NCBI GenBank assembly: GCA_963822835.1
Contig: CAWGIZ010000012.1
Span: forward strand, 76,382-140,381
DNA: 64,000 nt
Source: an uncultured Alphaproteobacteria bacterium
Lineage (GTDB): Bacteria; Pseudomonadota; Alphaproteobacteria; CAVTAV01
Direction: 5' to 3'
Shown: piece after piece, positions 10,577-21,336 of the stretch
How positions within the stretch are numbered: position 1 is the stretch's first letter
Layout of the letters: each line of letters begins with the position of its first letter
The notes under the pieces: generated by a model
Told to the model about the DNA's origin: nothing
Databases searched by the model: none
Seen by the model: the letters and a program-made list of their open reading frames with translations, nothing else
Program-made: the position numbers and the translations under genes

Positions 10577-12000
10577 TTAGGCGGCCTGGTCGCGAATTCG
10601 AGCCAAACTTTCTTCGCGGCCGAGAACCAGAAGAACGTCGAATATGCCAGGCGACATGGTCCGTCCCGTCAAGGCCGCCCGCAACGGTTGGGCAACCTTT
10701 CCGAGGCCGAGGCCTGCTTTTTCGGCATAGGATCTAAGTGCGCTCTCGAGCGCCTCCGAAGTCCATTCCGCCGTTGCCGCCAGGGAGTCGGACACGTCGA
10801 CGAGCAATTTTCGAGCATCCATAGTTAACACTTTATTTGCGGCGTCGTCTAGTTTTAGCGGCCGTGCAGCAAAACAGAACATGCGCGTTATCTGCCAACT
10901 CGACCAATGTCTTAGCGCGCGGCTTCAATTCCGGCATGATGCGGTGCACACGTTCCAGTCCCTCCGGATCGGCGGTTTCCATTCCGAGCGCCTTCAGCAT
11001 GAAGGGCACGCAAAGCTCGGCGAGGCGGCTGTCATCGGCCTGCCGGATATAGTGGCCGTTGAGATTATCGAGCTTCGTGAAATCAAACCGGGCAGGCGAC
11101 CGGCCTACGGCGTCGAGCGAGAACCATTCGAGCGCCTGCTCGGTCGAGATGATCTCATCGTCGCCATGGCCCCAGCCGAGGCGCAGCAGATAGTTGCGCA
11201 TCGCTTCCGGCAGATATCCCATGTCGCGATAGGCACCGACGCCGAGCGCGCCATGCCGTTTCGACAGCTTCGCGCCGTCCGGCCCATGAATCAGCGGCAT
11301 ATGCGCGAAGGTCGGCGTCTCCCAGCCGAGGCTCACGGTAAAGCTGGGTCTGGCGGAAGGCGTTCGTCAGGTGGTCGTCGCCGCGGATGACATGGGTGAC
11401 GCCCATGTCGTGATCGTCGACGACGACCGAGAGCATATAGGTCGGCGTGCCGTCGGCACGCAGCAGCACCATGTCGTCGAGCTGCTCGTGGCCGACACGT
11501 GACCGGGCCCTGGACCAGGTCCTCGATGGTGGTCTCGCCGCCAAGCGGTGCCTTGAACCGGATGACCGGGGCAACGCCTTCCGGCGCCTCGGAAGGATCG
11601 CGGTCGCGCCAGCGGCCGTCATAGCGCATCGGCCGCCCTTCGCGCTTGGCCGTCTCGCGCATCTCCTCGAGTTCCTGGGGCGAGCAATAGCAGTAATAAG
11701 CCTTGCCCTCGGCGAGCAGGTGCTTGGCGGCCTCGGCGTGGCGCTCGGCGCGCTCCGACTGAAGATCAGGGCTCGCCGTCGTAGTCGAGTTCGAGCCAGT
11801 CCATGCCGTCCAGGATCGCCTCGAATCGCTTCGGGCGTGGAGCGCGCCCGGTCGGTATCCTCGATGCGCAACAGGAATTTGCCGCCGCGCCCTCGCGCGA
11901 ACAGCCAGTTGAACAGAGCCGTGCGGGCACTGCCGATATGCAGCATGCCGGTCGGCGAGGGGGCAAAACGGGTGACGATGGGGCTGTTGTGAGCGCTCAT
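10577..12000 (-). pseudogene. gltX: glutamate--tRNA ligase, about 5 frameshifts in this sequence
   Basis: The N-terminus is [50 protein letters not shown] (from 12000). The protein can be followed through frame changes near 11823, 11770, 11497, 11337 and 10871. The successive pieces are [18 protein letters not shown]; [23 protein letters not shown]..; [33 protein letters not shown]; [17 protein letters not shown]..; and the C-terminal ORF 10577..10882. Confidence 0.9.
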
Positions 12001-12174
12001 TCTTCCAGGGAGGGCGTTGGCGGATTACACTTCGGCCGAGGCGACGGCGGGCCGGCACGGGTGCGTGGTATGTATCATACCGCGCTTCGGCCGAGCACAA
12101 TTAGGCGTGGTCTTCAGCAAGGGGCACACGAATTTGGCCCGGTCCTGGGATACGGGAGAGGCGTGCGACGTCGG

Positions 12175-14328
12175 ATGGCCTTGCGTCGCCGAGTGATCTG
12201 CAAGCCGTGTTGCGCGTGCACGTCCGACGCGGCGGTCTCGATCGGCCTGGGACGAACTGGCTCGTCTGGCGCCGGTGTGTCTTGGCGCAGGGATCGCCGG
12301 CTATTTCGCGCTCGCCCGCGAACCGGAGCCGCGTCAGGCCTCGGTCTGATTGTGATCGCGGTGCTGGCGGCTCTGGTCACGCGCCGCCGGCCGGTCGTGA
12401 ATCTGATCGCCGCATCCGCTGCTTGTCGCGGTCGCCGGCGCCGGTGCGGCGGCGTGGCGGACCGCGCGGGTAGCCGCGCCGGTTCTCGATCATCAGACGG
12501 GGCCGGTCGAGGTTCACGGTACGGTGCGGCGCGTCGAGCACCGTGTCGAAGGCGGCGCCCGCGTGACCCTGGACCATGTTTCGGTCGAGCGGCTCTCGCC
12601 GGACGAAGACGCCCGGCGGACCATCCGCCTCACGGTGCGCACGCACGTGAAAACGCGCGTCCCGGCGACAAATCACGGTTCGCGCGCTTCTGCTGCCGAT
12701 ACCGCAACCCAGCGTTCCGGGCGCTTACGACTTCGCCCGCGATGCCTGGTTCGACGGTTGGGCGCGCTCGGTATCGCGCTCGGGCCGGTCGAGGGCCATG
12801 CGCCGCCGGGCGGCGTCGGACCTGCTGAGCCGGATGCCGGAACGCCGTCAACGGGCTTCGCGACCGGATTTCGCGCGCATCCGGGCGGCCGCGCCGACGC
12901 CCGCCGGCGCGATGGCGGCGGCGCTGATGGTTGGCGACCGGGGCGCGCATCCCCGAGGACGTCACGACCGGCGCTCAGGGATGCCGGCCTCGCGCATCTG
13001 CTGTCGATCTCCGGGCCTTCATATGGGTTTGATGGCGGGCATCGCGTTCTTCGCCGTGCGGGCGCTGCTCGCGCTCAACGAGCGCCTGGCGCTGCGCTAT
13101 CCGATCAAGAAGTTCGCCGCCGTCGCGGGCATTGTTTGCGCGGCGCTCTATCTCGTGGTCACGGGCGCGCCGATCCCGACACAGCGGTCCTTCATCATGG
13201 CCGGGCATCGTGTTTGCCGCGATCCTGCTGGACCGGACGGCGCTCTCCATGCGGCTCGTCGCTCTAGCCGCCGGGATCATTCTGCTGTTCTGCGCCGGAG
13301 AGCCTGCTTGATGTCAGCTTTCCAGATGTCCTTCGCGGCCGTCATCGCGCTGATCGCGCTCTATGATGCGTTCAAGCATCGCCTGGCGTCCTGGCGCGCG
13401 GGCTTCACGACGCCGGTTGGCAGGGCGGCTTCTATCTCGCGGGCGTCGCCATAACGACCCTGATCGCCCAGGCCGCGATCGATCCCATCGCGATCTATCA
13501 GTTCGGCCGTCTGGTGACCTATGGTCTCGCGGCGAATCTCGTGGCGGTGCCGGTGACCGGAATCTGGATTATGCCCTGCGCTTTGGTCGCCTTCCTCCTG
13601 ATGCCTTTTCATCTCGAGGCTTTGGCGTTGGTGCCCATGTGCTGGGGAATCGACGTCGTCATCTGGGTGGCGAGGAGCCGTCAGTTCCTGGCCGGGTGCG
13701 GTCGTTCTGATAAAGGCGTGGCCGGTTATGAGCCTTGTGCTCATCACGCTTGGCGGGCTGTGGCTTTGCCTCTGGCCACGGCCATCCCGCCTGTTGGGGC
13801 TGGGTATCGCCCTGGCCGGGATTGCCGTCGGCCTGATGTCCAGACCGGCCGATATTCTGGTGAATGGCAACGCGAGCCTGATGGCGGCGCGCGGACCTGA
13901 CGGCGCCTATAGTTTCTCCAACCTGACGCGCGAAGGGCTATGACCGCGAGACGTGGCTTCGGATGAACGGTCAGGCAAGAGCGAAGAGCTGGCCCCTCGA
14001 ACCGGACGATGGAGCAGCAGACTGGCTTCGCTGTGATGCGCTCGGATGCATTTACCGGCCCGAAAGTTCGGGGGCCGTTGTCGCTTTCAGTTTCGATCCG
14101 AGATCCTTGAAGGAGGATTGTGGCGCGGCGGCACTGATCGTGGCTTCAGTACCCGTGCCCCGGTCGTGCAAAGCGGCCGCCATCGGCCGCTTCGATCTGT
14201 GGCGGGAAGGGGGCCATGCTGTTTGGATCGACGGCGCCGAATTCCGGATCAAGTCTGTCGCCGACGTCCGGGGAGAGCGCCCGTGGGTACTCAATCAAGA
14301 TCGGCGGAAACGCGGGCCCGCACCCTAA
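12175..14328 (+). pseudogene. comEC: ComEC/Rec2-family competence membrane protein, about 13 frameshifts; start uncertain
   Basis: ComEC-like pieces are scattered over all three forward frames: LAPVCLGAGIAGYFALAREPEP; PGAYDFARDAWFDGW; AMAAALMVGDRGA / IPEDVTT / ALRDAGLAHLLSISG / LHMGLMAGIAFFAVRALLALNERLALRYPIKKF; IVFAAILLDRTALSMRLVALA; FQMSFAAVIALIA; LAANLVAVPVTGIWIMP; and the C-terminal ORF 13963..14328. The start at ATG 12175 is a guess. Confidence 0.75.
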
Positions 14329-15057
14329 TATTTGCGGAACAGGCCAACCAGCCGTCCCTGGACCTGAACCCGGTCCGGGCCGAAAATCCGCGTTTCATAG
14401 CGCGCGTTGGCGGGCTCCAGCGCGACCGAATTACCTTTGCGGCGCAAGCGCTTTAGCGTGGCTTCTTCACGATCCACGAGAGCGACCACGATCTCGCCGT
14501 TCTGCGCGGTGTTGGTGCGCTGGATAATCGCCGTGTCGCCGTCGAAGATGCCGGCCTCGATCATGGAATCGCCGGCGATTTCGAGTGCGTAGTGCTCGCC
14601 CGTTCCGATCATTGACGCCGGAAGCTGAACCGAGCTGGTCTGATCCGACAGGGCCTCGATCGGCGTGCCGGCGGCGATGCGGCCATAAAGCGGAAGCTCG
14701 ACGACAGTCCCGTCGCTGTTCGCGGCTTCGGGCGACGGTGCCACTTCGGCTGGCGCCCGGCGCGAGGGTCGAGCCCGGCGCCCGGCCGAAATTTCCTTCG
14801 ATGACGCGGGAATCGCGTGGAGCGCTGCGCGCCGCGGGCGGCGAGTCCGGCAACCGCAAGACTTCGAGCGCGCGGGCGCGATGGGGCAGGCGACGGATAA
14901 AGCCGCGCTCCTCCAGCGCCGTGATCAGGCGATGAATGCCGGACTTGGACTTCAGGTTGAGGGCTTCCTTCATTTCCTCGAACGAGGGCGAGAAGCCGGT
15001 TTCCTGCAGTTTCGCGCTGATAAAGGTCAGCAGCTCATGTTGCTTCTTGGTCAGCAT
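14325..15057 (-). pseudogene. lexA: LexA repressor, one frameshift near 14753
   Basis: The N-terminal wHTH ([56 protein letters not shown]) is in the frame of ORF 14467..15057. The S24 peptidase part ([17 protein letters not shown]...GDSMIEAGI...RLRRKGN) is in the frame of ORF 14325..14744. Confidence 0.9.
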
Positions 15058-15086
15058 GTGTCCGCCCCTTTACGGTCGTGGCGTGG

Positions 15087-15101
15087 GAACAAAACGAAAA
15101 C
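15087..15101 (-). promoter_or_regulatory. second, imperfect SOS-box-like repeat upstream of lexA
   Basis: The plus strand reads GAAC-aaaacga-AAAC, one mismatch from GAAC-N7-GAAC, 11 bp from the perfect box. Confidence 0.35.
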
Positions 15102-15111
15102 CTCGGGAAAT

Positions 15112-15126
15112 GTTCTAGTTTGGTTC
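15112..15126 (-). promoter_or_regulatory. LexA operator (alphaproteobacterial SOS box) upstream of lexA
   Basis: The plus strand reads GTTC-tagtttg-GTTC, which is a perfect GAAC-N7-GAAC on the lexA strand, 55-69 nt upstream of the lexA start. Confidence 0.75.
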
Positions 15127-15192
15127 TCATGTCGCGTCAAGCGGATTCAGAGTCTTGCGCGCCCGACGAGGATCGGTGCCAGATGTTGTGGG

Positions 15193-16410
15193 TCAGACCT
15201 GAATCTGGCCGAATTCAAGGGGCAGGATGGCGGTGGTTTCGCCAGCTCTGGCGGCGGCGGCGAACGGCTTGCGGATGACGAGGCAGTCCGCGCGGGTAAA
15301 GCCGGAGAGCACGGAGCTGTCCTGCCGGTCGAAGGGCATGGCGACGAGCTGGCCCTGATTGTCGAGTTCAAGGGACGCCCGGAGATATTCCTGGCGGCGG
15401 TCGTTCTGCGGCAGGTCGCGCCCGAGCTTTGCCGTGGTCAGGGGGCGGCGGTTCATGGTCCGGCCGGCAAGCTTCATGAGCGCCGGGATAACGAAGACGA
15501 CGGCGCAGATCATTGCGGAGACCGGGTTGCCCGGCAGGCCGATCATGGGCGTATTGCCGATCTGGCCGAAGATCAGGGGTTTTCCGGGCCGCATCGCGAT
15601 CTTCCAGAAGTCGATCGTGAGGCCTTCCTCGCCGAGCACCGAGCGCACGAGATCGCGTTCGCCGACCGATGCGCCGCCGATGGTGATCAGCAGATCGGAG
15701 CCGAGGGCGCCCGCGACCATGGTCTTGAGGAAGTCCGCGTCGTCCTTGGCAATGCCGAGATCGACGGGCATCCCGCCATTTTGCGCGATCAGCGCGGCCA
15801 GGCCGGTGCTGTTCGAGGAAACGATCTGGTTCGGGCCGATCGCCTCGCCGGGCAGGACGAGTTCGTCGCCAGTCGCCAGCAGGGAAATGCGCGGCTTCCG
15901 GTAGACCTTTAGCCAAGGCACGTTCATGGCCGCCGCCAGTGCGACGTCGCGCGGTGACAACGGACGGCCCTTGCGGATGCCGATCTCGCCTTCCTTGAAA
16001 TCGATGCCCGCGACCCGGATATGCTTGCCGCGCGCACTGGATTCACGGACCGCGATCCGGCCGTCGTCCAGTCTGTCGACATCCTCCTGGATGACGACGG
16101 CGTCGGCGCCCTTGGGCACCGGTCCGCCGGTGAAGATCCGCACCGCCTGGCCTTCACCGAGCGTGCCCGCGAACGCACCGCCCGCCGGGGCCTCACCGAT
16201 CAGGGTGAGCTTGGCGGGAACGGTCGCGACATCGACCGCCCGCACGGCATAGCCGTCCATCGCGGATACGTCCATCGGCGGCTGGGTGCGGCGCGCGGCG
16301 ACATCTTCAGCCAAAACGCGTCCGACGGCGGCCGAGAGCGCGACGACCTCGGGCGCGACCGGTTCGAGGCCGGCGGTTATGCGTTCCTGCGCTTCCTCGA
16401 CGGGGATCAT
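15193..16410 (-). CDS. moeA: molybdopterin molybdenumtransferase MoeA
   Basis: The true start is ATG 16410 ([11 protein letters not shown]...), which overlaps the moaC stop as ATGA. The product is 405 aa with [18 protein letters not shown] and GLPGNPVSA. The track ORF 15193..16680 is over-extended at its N-terminus. Confidence 0.9.
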   Translation of the reverse strand: MIPVEEAQERITAGLEPVAPEVVALSAAVGRVLAEDVAARRTQPPMDVSAMDGYAVRAVDVATVPAKLTLIGEAPAGGAFAGTLGEGQAVRIFTGGPVPKGADAVVIQEDVDRLDDGRIAVRESSARGKHIRVAGIDFKEGEIGIRKGRPLSPRDVALAAAMNVPWLKVYRKPRISLLATGDELVLPGEAIGPNQIVSSNSTGLAALIAQNGGMPVDLGIAKDDADFLKTMVAGALGSDLLITIGGASVGERDLVRSVLGEEGLTIDFWKIAMRPGKPLIFGQIGNTPMIGLPGNPVSAMICAVVFVIPALMKLAGRTMNRRPLTTAKLGRDLPQNDRRQEYLRASLELDNQGQLVAMPFDRQDSSVLSGFTRADCLVIRKPFAAAARAGETTAILPLEFGQIQV

Positions 16411-16904
16411 GATCTGGCTGCCTTCTTCCTGGCGCGTTTGAACACGCCGGATCGGCCGCCCGACTTGAAGTCGAGCTTGATCTCGCCGATTTCCATCTCG
16501 CGGTCCACGGCCTTGCACATGTCGTAGATCGTCAGCGCGGCGACGCTGACGGCGGTCAGCGCCTCCATCTCGACACCGGTCTTTCCGGATACCTTTACGC
16601 TCGATGTAATCTCGACCGAGGGCGGGCGGGATTTGAGCGTCAGGTCGACATCGATCTTGTTCAGCGCCAGCGGATGGCAAAGCGGGATCAGCTCGTGGGT
16701 GCGCTTGGCCGCCATGATGCCGGCGAGTTTCGCGACCGAAAGCACGTCGCCCTTTTTCATCTCGCCCTGTTTGATGAGCTTCAGCGTCGCGGGCGCCATG
16801 GTCACGCGGCCCGAGGCGGTGGCGATGCGCTCGGTGACATCCTTATCGGACACGTCCACCATTTTGGCGGCGCCCTTGTCGTCGATATGGGTCAGCTTGG
16901 CCAT
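16407..16904 (-). CDS. moaC: cyclic pyranopterin monophosphate synthase MoaC
   Basis: Intact 165-aa ORF with [39 protein letters not shown]. Confidence 0.95.
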   Translation of the reverse strand: MAKLTHIDDKGAAKMVDVSDKDVTERIATASGRVTMAPATLKLIKQGEMKKGDVLSVAKLAGIMAAKRTHELIPLCHPLALNKIDVDLTLKSRPPSVEITSSVKVSGKTGVEMEALTAVSVAALTIYDMCKAVDREMEIGEIKLDFKSGGRSGVFKRARKKAARS

Positions 16905-16907
16905 GGC

Positions 16908-17704
16908 TCAGACCAGCTCCCGGCCAAGCAGCGCGGCCGTCGCGGCCGCCACGTCTTCCTGCCGCATCAGGGATTCGCCGACGAGGAAGCAGCCGACGCC
17001 CGATTGCTTCAGCCGGGCGATGTCGTTCGGCGTGTTGATGCCGCTCTCGCTGACCACGAGCGCGCCGGCCGGAATATGCGGCGCCAGGCGCTCGGTCACG
17101 TCGAGCGTGGTCTTGAAGGTTTTCAGGTCGCGGTTGTTGATGCCGATCATCGTCGCGCCGAGCTCGACCGCCATGCCGAGTTCGGTCTCGTCGTGGATCT
17201 CGAACAGGACGTCCATTTCCAGCTCACGCGCGGCGGAGGCGAGTTCGCCGCCAAGCGTCTCGCCGGTCTCGGCGAGGATGACGAGGATGCAATCGGCGTC
17301 CAGCGCGCGGGCCTCCAGCACCTGATAGGGATCGATCATGAAGTCCTTGCGCAAGACCGGCAGGCCGACCGAAACCCGCGCATCCACCAGATACTCGTCC
17401 GATCCCTGAAAATAGGGCTCGTCCGTCAGCACGGAGAGGCAGGTCGCGCCGCCGCGCGCATAGGCCCGGGCGAGGGCGGGGGGATCGAAATCCGCCCGGA
17501 TCAGGCCCTTGCTGGGGCTCGCTTTCTTGACTTCCGCGATGAGGCCGGTGCCGCCATTGGCGCTCGCCTTGCGCAGCGCATTTTCGAAACCGCGCACGGG
17601 CGAGGCATAGCTCATCGTGGATTCCAGCTCCGCGACCGAAACCTCGGTCTTTTCTTGGCGACATGCTCGCGCTTCCTGGCGCAGATTTCGTCGAGAATCG
17701 TCAT
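16908..17704 (-). pseudogene. trpC: indole-3-glycerol phosphate synthase, one frameshift at the tttt run 17650-17653
   Basis: ATG at 17704 gives [17 protein letters not shown]. After the shift the frame of ORF 16908..17825 reads [48 protein letters not shown]. Confidence 0.9.
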
Positions 17705-17706
17705 GC

Positions 17707-18748
17707 TCAGGCGCTCGCTTCGGCCGGTTCGATATCGAGATTAGAGACGCTGACGAGCCTGTCGAGGGCTTTCCTCGCCTTGCCGGCATCGATCGCGGCG
17801 GCCGCCGCGCTGACGCCGGTGGCAAGATCGCCCGCTTTTCCGGCGACGATCAGCGCCGCCGCGCTATTCAACAGCACGATGTCGCGATAGGGGCCTTCAT
17901 GGCCGTCGACGAGCGCGCTCAGGGCCAGCGCATTGGTTTCCGCGTCGCCGCCTTTGAGCTGGTCCGGTACGACGCGCGCGAGACCGGCTTCCTCGGGCGT
18001 GACCTCGAATTCCCGGATCTCGCCGTCCTTGAGTTCGGCGACATGCGTCGGCCCGGTCGTGGTGATCTCGTCCAGCCCGTCGAGGCCGTGGACCACCCAG
18101 GCGGCTGTCGCTGCCGAGCTGTTTCAGAACCTCCGCCATAGGCCGCACCCATTTGTCGGCAAACACGCCGACGATCTGCCGTTTGGTGCCGGCGGGATTG
18201 GACAGGGGGCCAAGGAGATTGAAGATCGTGCGCGTGCCGAGTTGCGCGCGGGCAGGGCCGACATGACGCATCGCGCTGTGATGGCGCGGCGCGAACAGGA
18301 AACCGACGCCCGCCTCGCGGATGCAGGCCGAGACCTGGGCGGTTTCCGCCTCGATATTCACGCCGAGCGACTTCAACACGTCGGCCGCACCGGCGCGGGA
18401 CGAGAGCGCGCGGTTGCCGTGCTTGGCGACCGGCACGCCGCAAGCCGCGACCACGAGGGATACGGCGGTCGAGATGTTATAGCTCCCCGAGGCGTCGCCA
18501 CCGGTGCCGCAGGTATCGATCGCATTCGCCGGGGCATCGATCTTCAGCGCCTTCTCGCGCATGATCTCGGCGCCCGCCGTGATCTCCTCTACCGTCTCGC
18601 CGCGCACGCGGAGCGCCATCAGGAACGCGCCGATCTGCGCCTCCGTAGCCCCGCCGGACATCATGATCTCGAAGGCGGAGCGCGCCTCGGCGCGCGTCAG
18701 CGTGTTGCCTTGCGCGACGCTGTTGAGCAGGGGTTTCAGGTCTTCCAT
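17707..18748 (-). pseudogene. trpD: anthranilate phosphoribosyltransferase, one frameshift near 18101-18106
   Basis: ORF 17897..18748 carries the N-terminal 240 aa (..[27 protein letters not shown]..). The sequence continues as [19 protein letters not shown].. in the frame of ORF 17707..18096. Confidence 0.9.
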
Positions 18749-18762
18749 GCGAGTGCCCTTGC

Positions 18763-19347
18763 TCAGGCGGCGACGGTGGTTTCGGCGAGCTCGAGAAAAT
18801 TCCTCAAAATCGCGTGGCCGTGCTGCGTCTCGATGCTTTCGGGATGGAACTGGACGCCGTGGACGTTCAGCGTCTTGTGGGACATGCCCATGATCAGGCC
18901 GTCGTCGGTTTCCGCGGTGACTTCAAGGCAATCGGGCAGGGTGGCGCGGTCGACGATCAGCGAATGATAGCGGGTGGCGCGGAATTCGTGCGGCAGGCCG
19001 TGAAACACGCCCTTGCCCGTGCTGTGGATCGTGCTGAGCTTGCCATGCATCAGAACCGGCGCGCGCACGACATTGCCGCCGAAGGCCTGGCCGATCGACT
19101 GATGCCCCAGGCAAACGCCCAGGATCGGCATCTGGCCCGAGAGGCTTTCCACCACGTCGAGGCAGATACCGGCTTCGTTCGGCGTGCAGGGGCCCGGCGA
19201 GATGACGATCGCCTTGGGACGCAGGCGCTCCAGCTCGGCGACCGTGATGGCGTCGTTGCGATGGACGACAACGTCCTCCCCCAACTCACCCAGGTAGTGA
19301 AAGAGGTTGTAAGTAAAACTGTCGTAGTTATCGATGAGGACGATCAT
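18763..19347 (-). CDS. trpG: anthranilate synthase component II (glutamine amidotransferase)
   Basis: Intact 194-aa ORF with [22 protein letters not shown] and GVQFHPES. Confidence 0.9.
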   Translation of the reverse strand: MIVLIDNYDSFTYNLFHYLGELGEDVVVHRNDAITVAELERLRPKAIVISPGPCTPNEAGICLDVVESLSGQMPILGVCLGHQSIGQAFGGNVVRAPVLMHGKLSTIHSTGKGVFHGLPHEFRATRYHSLIVDRATLPDCLEVTAETDDGLIMGMSHKTLNVHGVQFHPESIETQHGHAILRNFLELAETTVAA

Positions 19348-19530
19348 CCGGCAAAACGCCCTTGTACCAGCCGTTGTCGAACCCGCGGCCGCAAATCCGT
19401 GGGGCGATGGCAGAAACTAAACCGTTGCGACGGCGTTCGGCAAGCATTAGACCTCCCGGAAGACGTCGTGAGGCAATACCGATCGTATGTGTTATTCTGG
19501 CGCTTGGATGTAAAGGGTGTACGCGAAGAC

Positions 19531-20550
19531 ATGAGCCTGCGGCGCAGACGTCACGCCTTCCATATTGCCGGCTGGGTAATCGTCGGATTCTGCGGCTTCT
19601 GGTTGTGGAGCGGCTATTTCGACCATCCTGCCGAGAGCACCGTTATTCCGCTCAAGGTGACGGCGGCGCCGATCGTCCTGAACGAAATCGCGCCCGCCGC
19701 GGCTCCCGCGAACGTTCTGGTTCTTGCGCCGCCGGCCGCTCTGGCCCCCAAGCATGTCTCCGTCGTCAGTCTGCCGATCGAGATCGGCAAGCCGCAATGG
19801 CTTCGCAATGCGGTGGCCGTCGGGCCGGCGAAGGGTCGTCCGCAGATTGCCATCATCATCGACGACGTTGGGGTCAATCGCCGTAATGCCGAGAAGGCCA
19901 TCGGTCTCGAAGCGCCGCTGACGCTTTCCTTCCTGCCCTATGCCAATGACCTGGAGCCGATGGTCAAGACGGCGCGGGCGAATGGACATGAGATCATGGT
20001 GCACCTGCCCATGGAGCCCCTCGGCGGCGAGGAAAATCCCGGCCCGCATGCGCTTTGGGTGGATGAGACCAAGGCCGAGATGCTGCGCAGGCTCGACTGG
20101 AATCTCGCCCGTTTCGACGGCTATGTCGGCGTGAACAATCATATGGGCAGCCGGTTCAGCGCCGATCGCCCCGCCATGCGGCTGGTGCTCAACGAGTTGC
20201 ATCGCCGGGGCCTGTTGTTCGTCGATTCCCGCACCACCGGCCGGACGGTCGGCGCGGAAGTCGCCGAGGAAGTCGGTGTTCCCTGGGCCGAACGCGACGT
20301 CTTCCTCGACAACAACGAGGATCCCGCCGCCATCCGCATCCAACTTCAGACACTCGAACGCCTCGCGCGCGTCAAGGGCCAGGTGATCGCCATCGGCCAT
20401 CCCTATGACAGCACGATGCAGGTCCTCCGCGACTGGCTCCCCACCGCCCACACACGCGGCTTCGAACTGGTCCCGGTCAGCCGCATTGTGAAGGACAAGC
20501 TGAAGCAGGAACGGCTGATGGCCGCGAGTGCCGAGCAGGCTCAGCCTTAG
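19531..20550 (+). CDS. divergent polysaccharide deacetylase family protein (YibQ-like), membrane anchored
   Basis: The likely start is ATG 19531 (MSLRRRRHAFHIAGWVIVGFCGFWLW, N-terminal anchor). Motifs are IAIIIDDVGVN, HLPMEP, VNNHMGSRF and GHPY. Track ORF 18814..20550 is over-extended across trpG. Confidence 0.8.
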   Translation: MSLRRRRHAFHIAGWVIVGFCGFWLWSGYFDHPAESTVIPLKVTAAPIVLNEIAPAAAPANVLVLAPPAALAPKHVSVVSLPIEIGKPQWLRNAVAVGPAKGRPQIAIIIDDVGVNRRNAEKAIGLEAPLTLSFLPYANDLEPMVKTARANGHEIMVHLPMEPLGGEENPGPHALWVDETKAEMLRRLDWNLARFDGYVGVNNHMGSRFSADRPAMRLVLNELHRRGLLFVDSRTTGRTVGAEVAEEVGVPWAERDVFLDNNEDPAAIRIQLQTLERLARVKGQVIAIGHPYDSTMQVLRDWLPTAHTRGFELVPVSRIVKDKLKQERLMAASAEQAQP

Positions 20551-20560
20551 CCCCATCCTC

Positions 20561-20590
20561 CAACGTCATTCCCGCGAAAGCGGGAATCAT
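20561..20590. repeat. REP-like palindromic element (copy 1)
   Basis: caacgtcATTCCCGCgaaaGCGGGAATcat, with a perfect 8-bp stem at 20568-20575 / 20580-20587 and a GAAA loop, just after the YibQ-like stop. It belongs to the widespread proteobacterial repeat type that translates as IPAFAGMT in spurious ORFs. A related copy lies at 51591-51625. Confidence 0.6.
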
Positions 20591-20826
20591 TGTCTCCGAC
20601 TCCTGAACATTCACTCGGGTTCGCTTGTGTCTTTCGCAGGGTACCGTCGCCGCAAACAATTTTAACTTAGCCCAGCGTTATAGCTCGGAAAGTTCTTGAT
20701 CCTGGAGATCGCTGCTCTAGGCTTTAGAAACTAGTCGGAAACGAAATTCGGACCCGATTTGGGGACCGTCCATGTTGATGTTTGGGGACAGAGAGGCACG
20801 TCTTGGCTTGGTTTGATTTGAAGCGA

Positions 20827-21336
20827 ATGCCGATAAATATTCGTGGACTGGTTCTTTTTGTATCTTGGCGTTTGCTTTTAGTGTTCGCAGTGGTGTCTGC
20901 GTCCGGCTGTGATCAGTCGGTTCCCAAGTCCTCTGAAGCTGGTGACGGCATACCTTCAGATAGCTGCGCGAACGAACGGGTCTTGACGGGCCAGAGGAAA
21001 AGTGAGTGCTCAGAAATTGCGCAGATTATAGATGAAATAACGAATATGAGTTTCTACAGGACCTCCGTGAGAGGCGGAATAAAAATAGTTGGAGACCCTG
21101 AAATACTTAAAGGGCCACATTTCTCGATATTGAAGGATATGACACGGCAAGAGATGGATGAGTATGTCGCAGGACGCTACCACGATATTGGCGATGTATT
21201 CTCCGCGGCGGATTGGATGTCAGCTAGCGCTAGCAACATGACTTTCGATAAGTATTATGATGGTGCTTATGATGCGGCGAATAGATCTTTAGAATACATT
21301 GGAAATAATGATAGAACCTGTCTGGGAGGCGACTAA
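20827..21336 (+). CDS. hypothetical lipoprotein (islet ORF 1)
   Basis: The ORF is open from 20782. ATG 20827 gives MPINIRGLVLFVSWRLLLVFAVVSASG/C, a lipobox-type signal. GC is about 45% by hand count, well below the flanks. I recognise no family. Confidence 0.5.
   Translation: MPINIRGLVLFVSWRLLLVFAVVSASGCDQSVPKSSEAGDGIPSDSCANERVLTGQRKSECSEIAQIIDEITNMSFYRTSVRGGIKIVGDPEILKGPHFSILKDMTRQEMDEYVAGRYHDIGDVFSAADWMSASASNMTFDKYYDGAYDAANRSLEYIGNNDRTCLGGD

Noticed and set aside
19328-19447. A 39-codon upstream ORF before trpG with a strong GGGAGG Shine-Dalgarno ([39 protein letters not shown]), considered as a possible Trp leader peptide
   Set aside because: It has only one Trp codon, no tandem Trp and no terminator/antiterminator hairpins. 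It overlaps the trpG start out of frame, so it is most likely fortuitous.
20795-20807. GGCACG-tctt-GGCT upstream of islet ORF 1, considered as a second sigma-54-like promoter
   Set aside because: The GG-to-GC spacing is one nt short of the consensus, and the -12 element would lie only ~20 nt before ATG 20827. That leaves no room for a leader with a ribosome-binding site.
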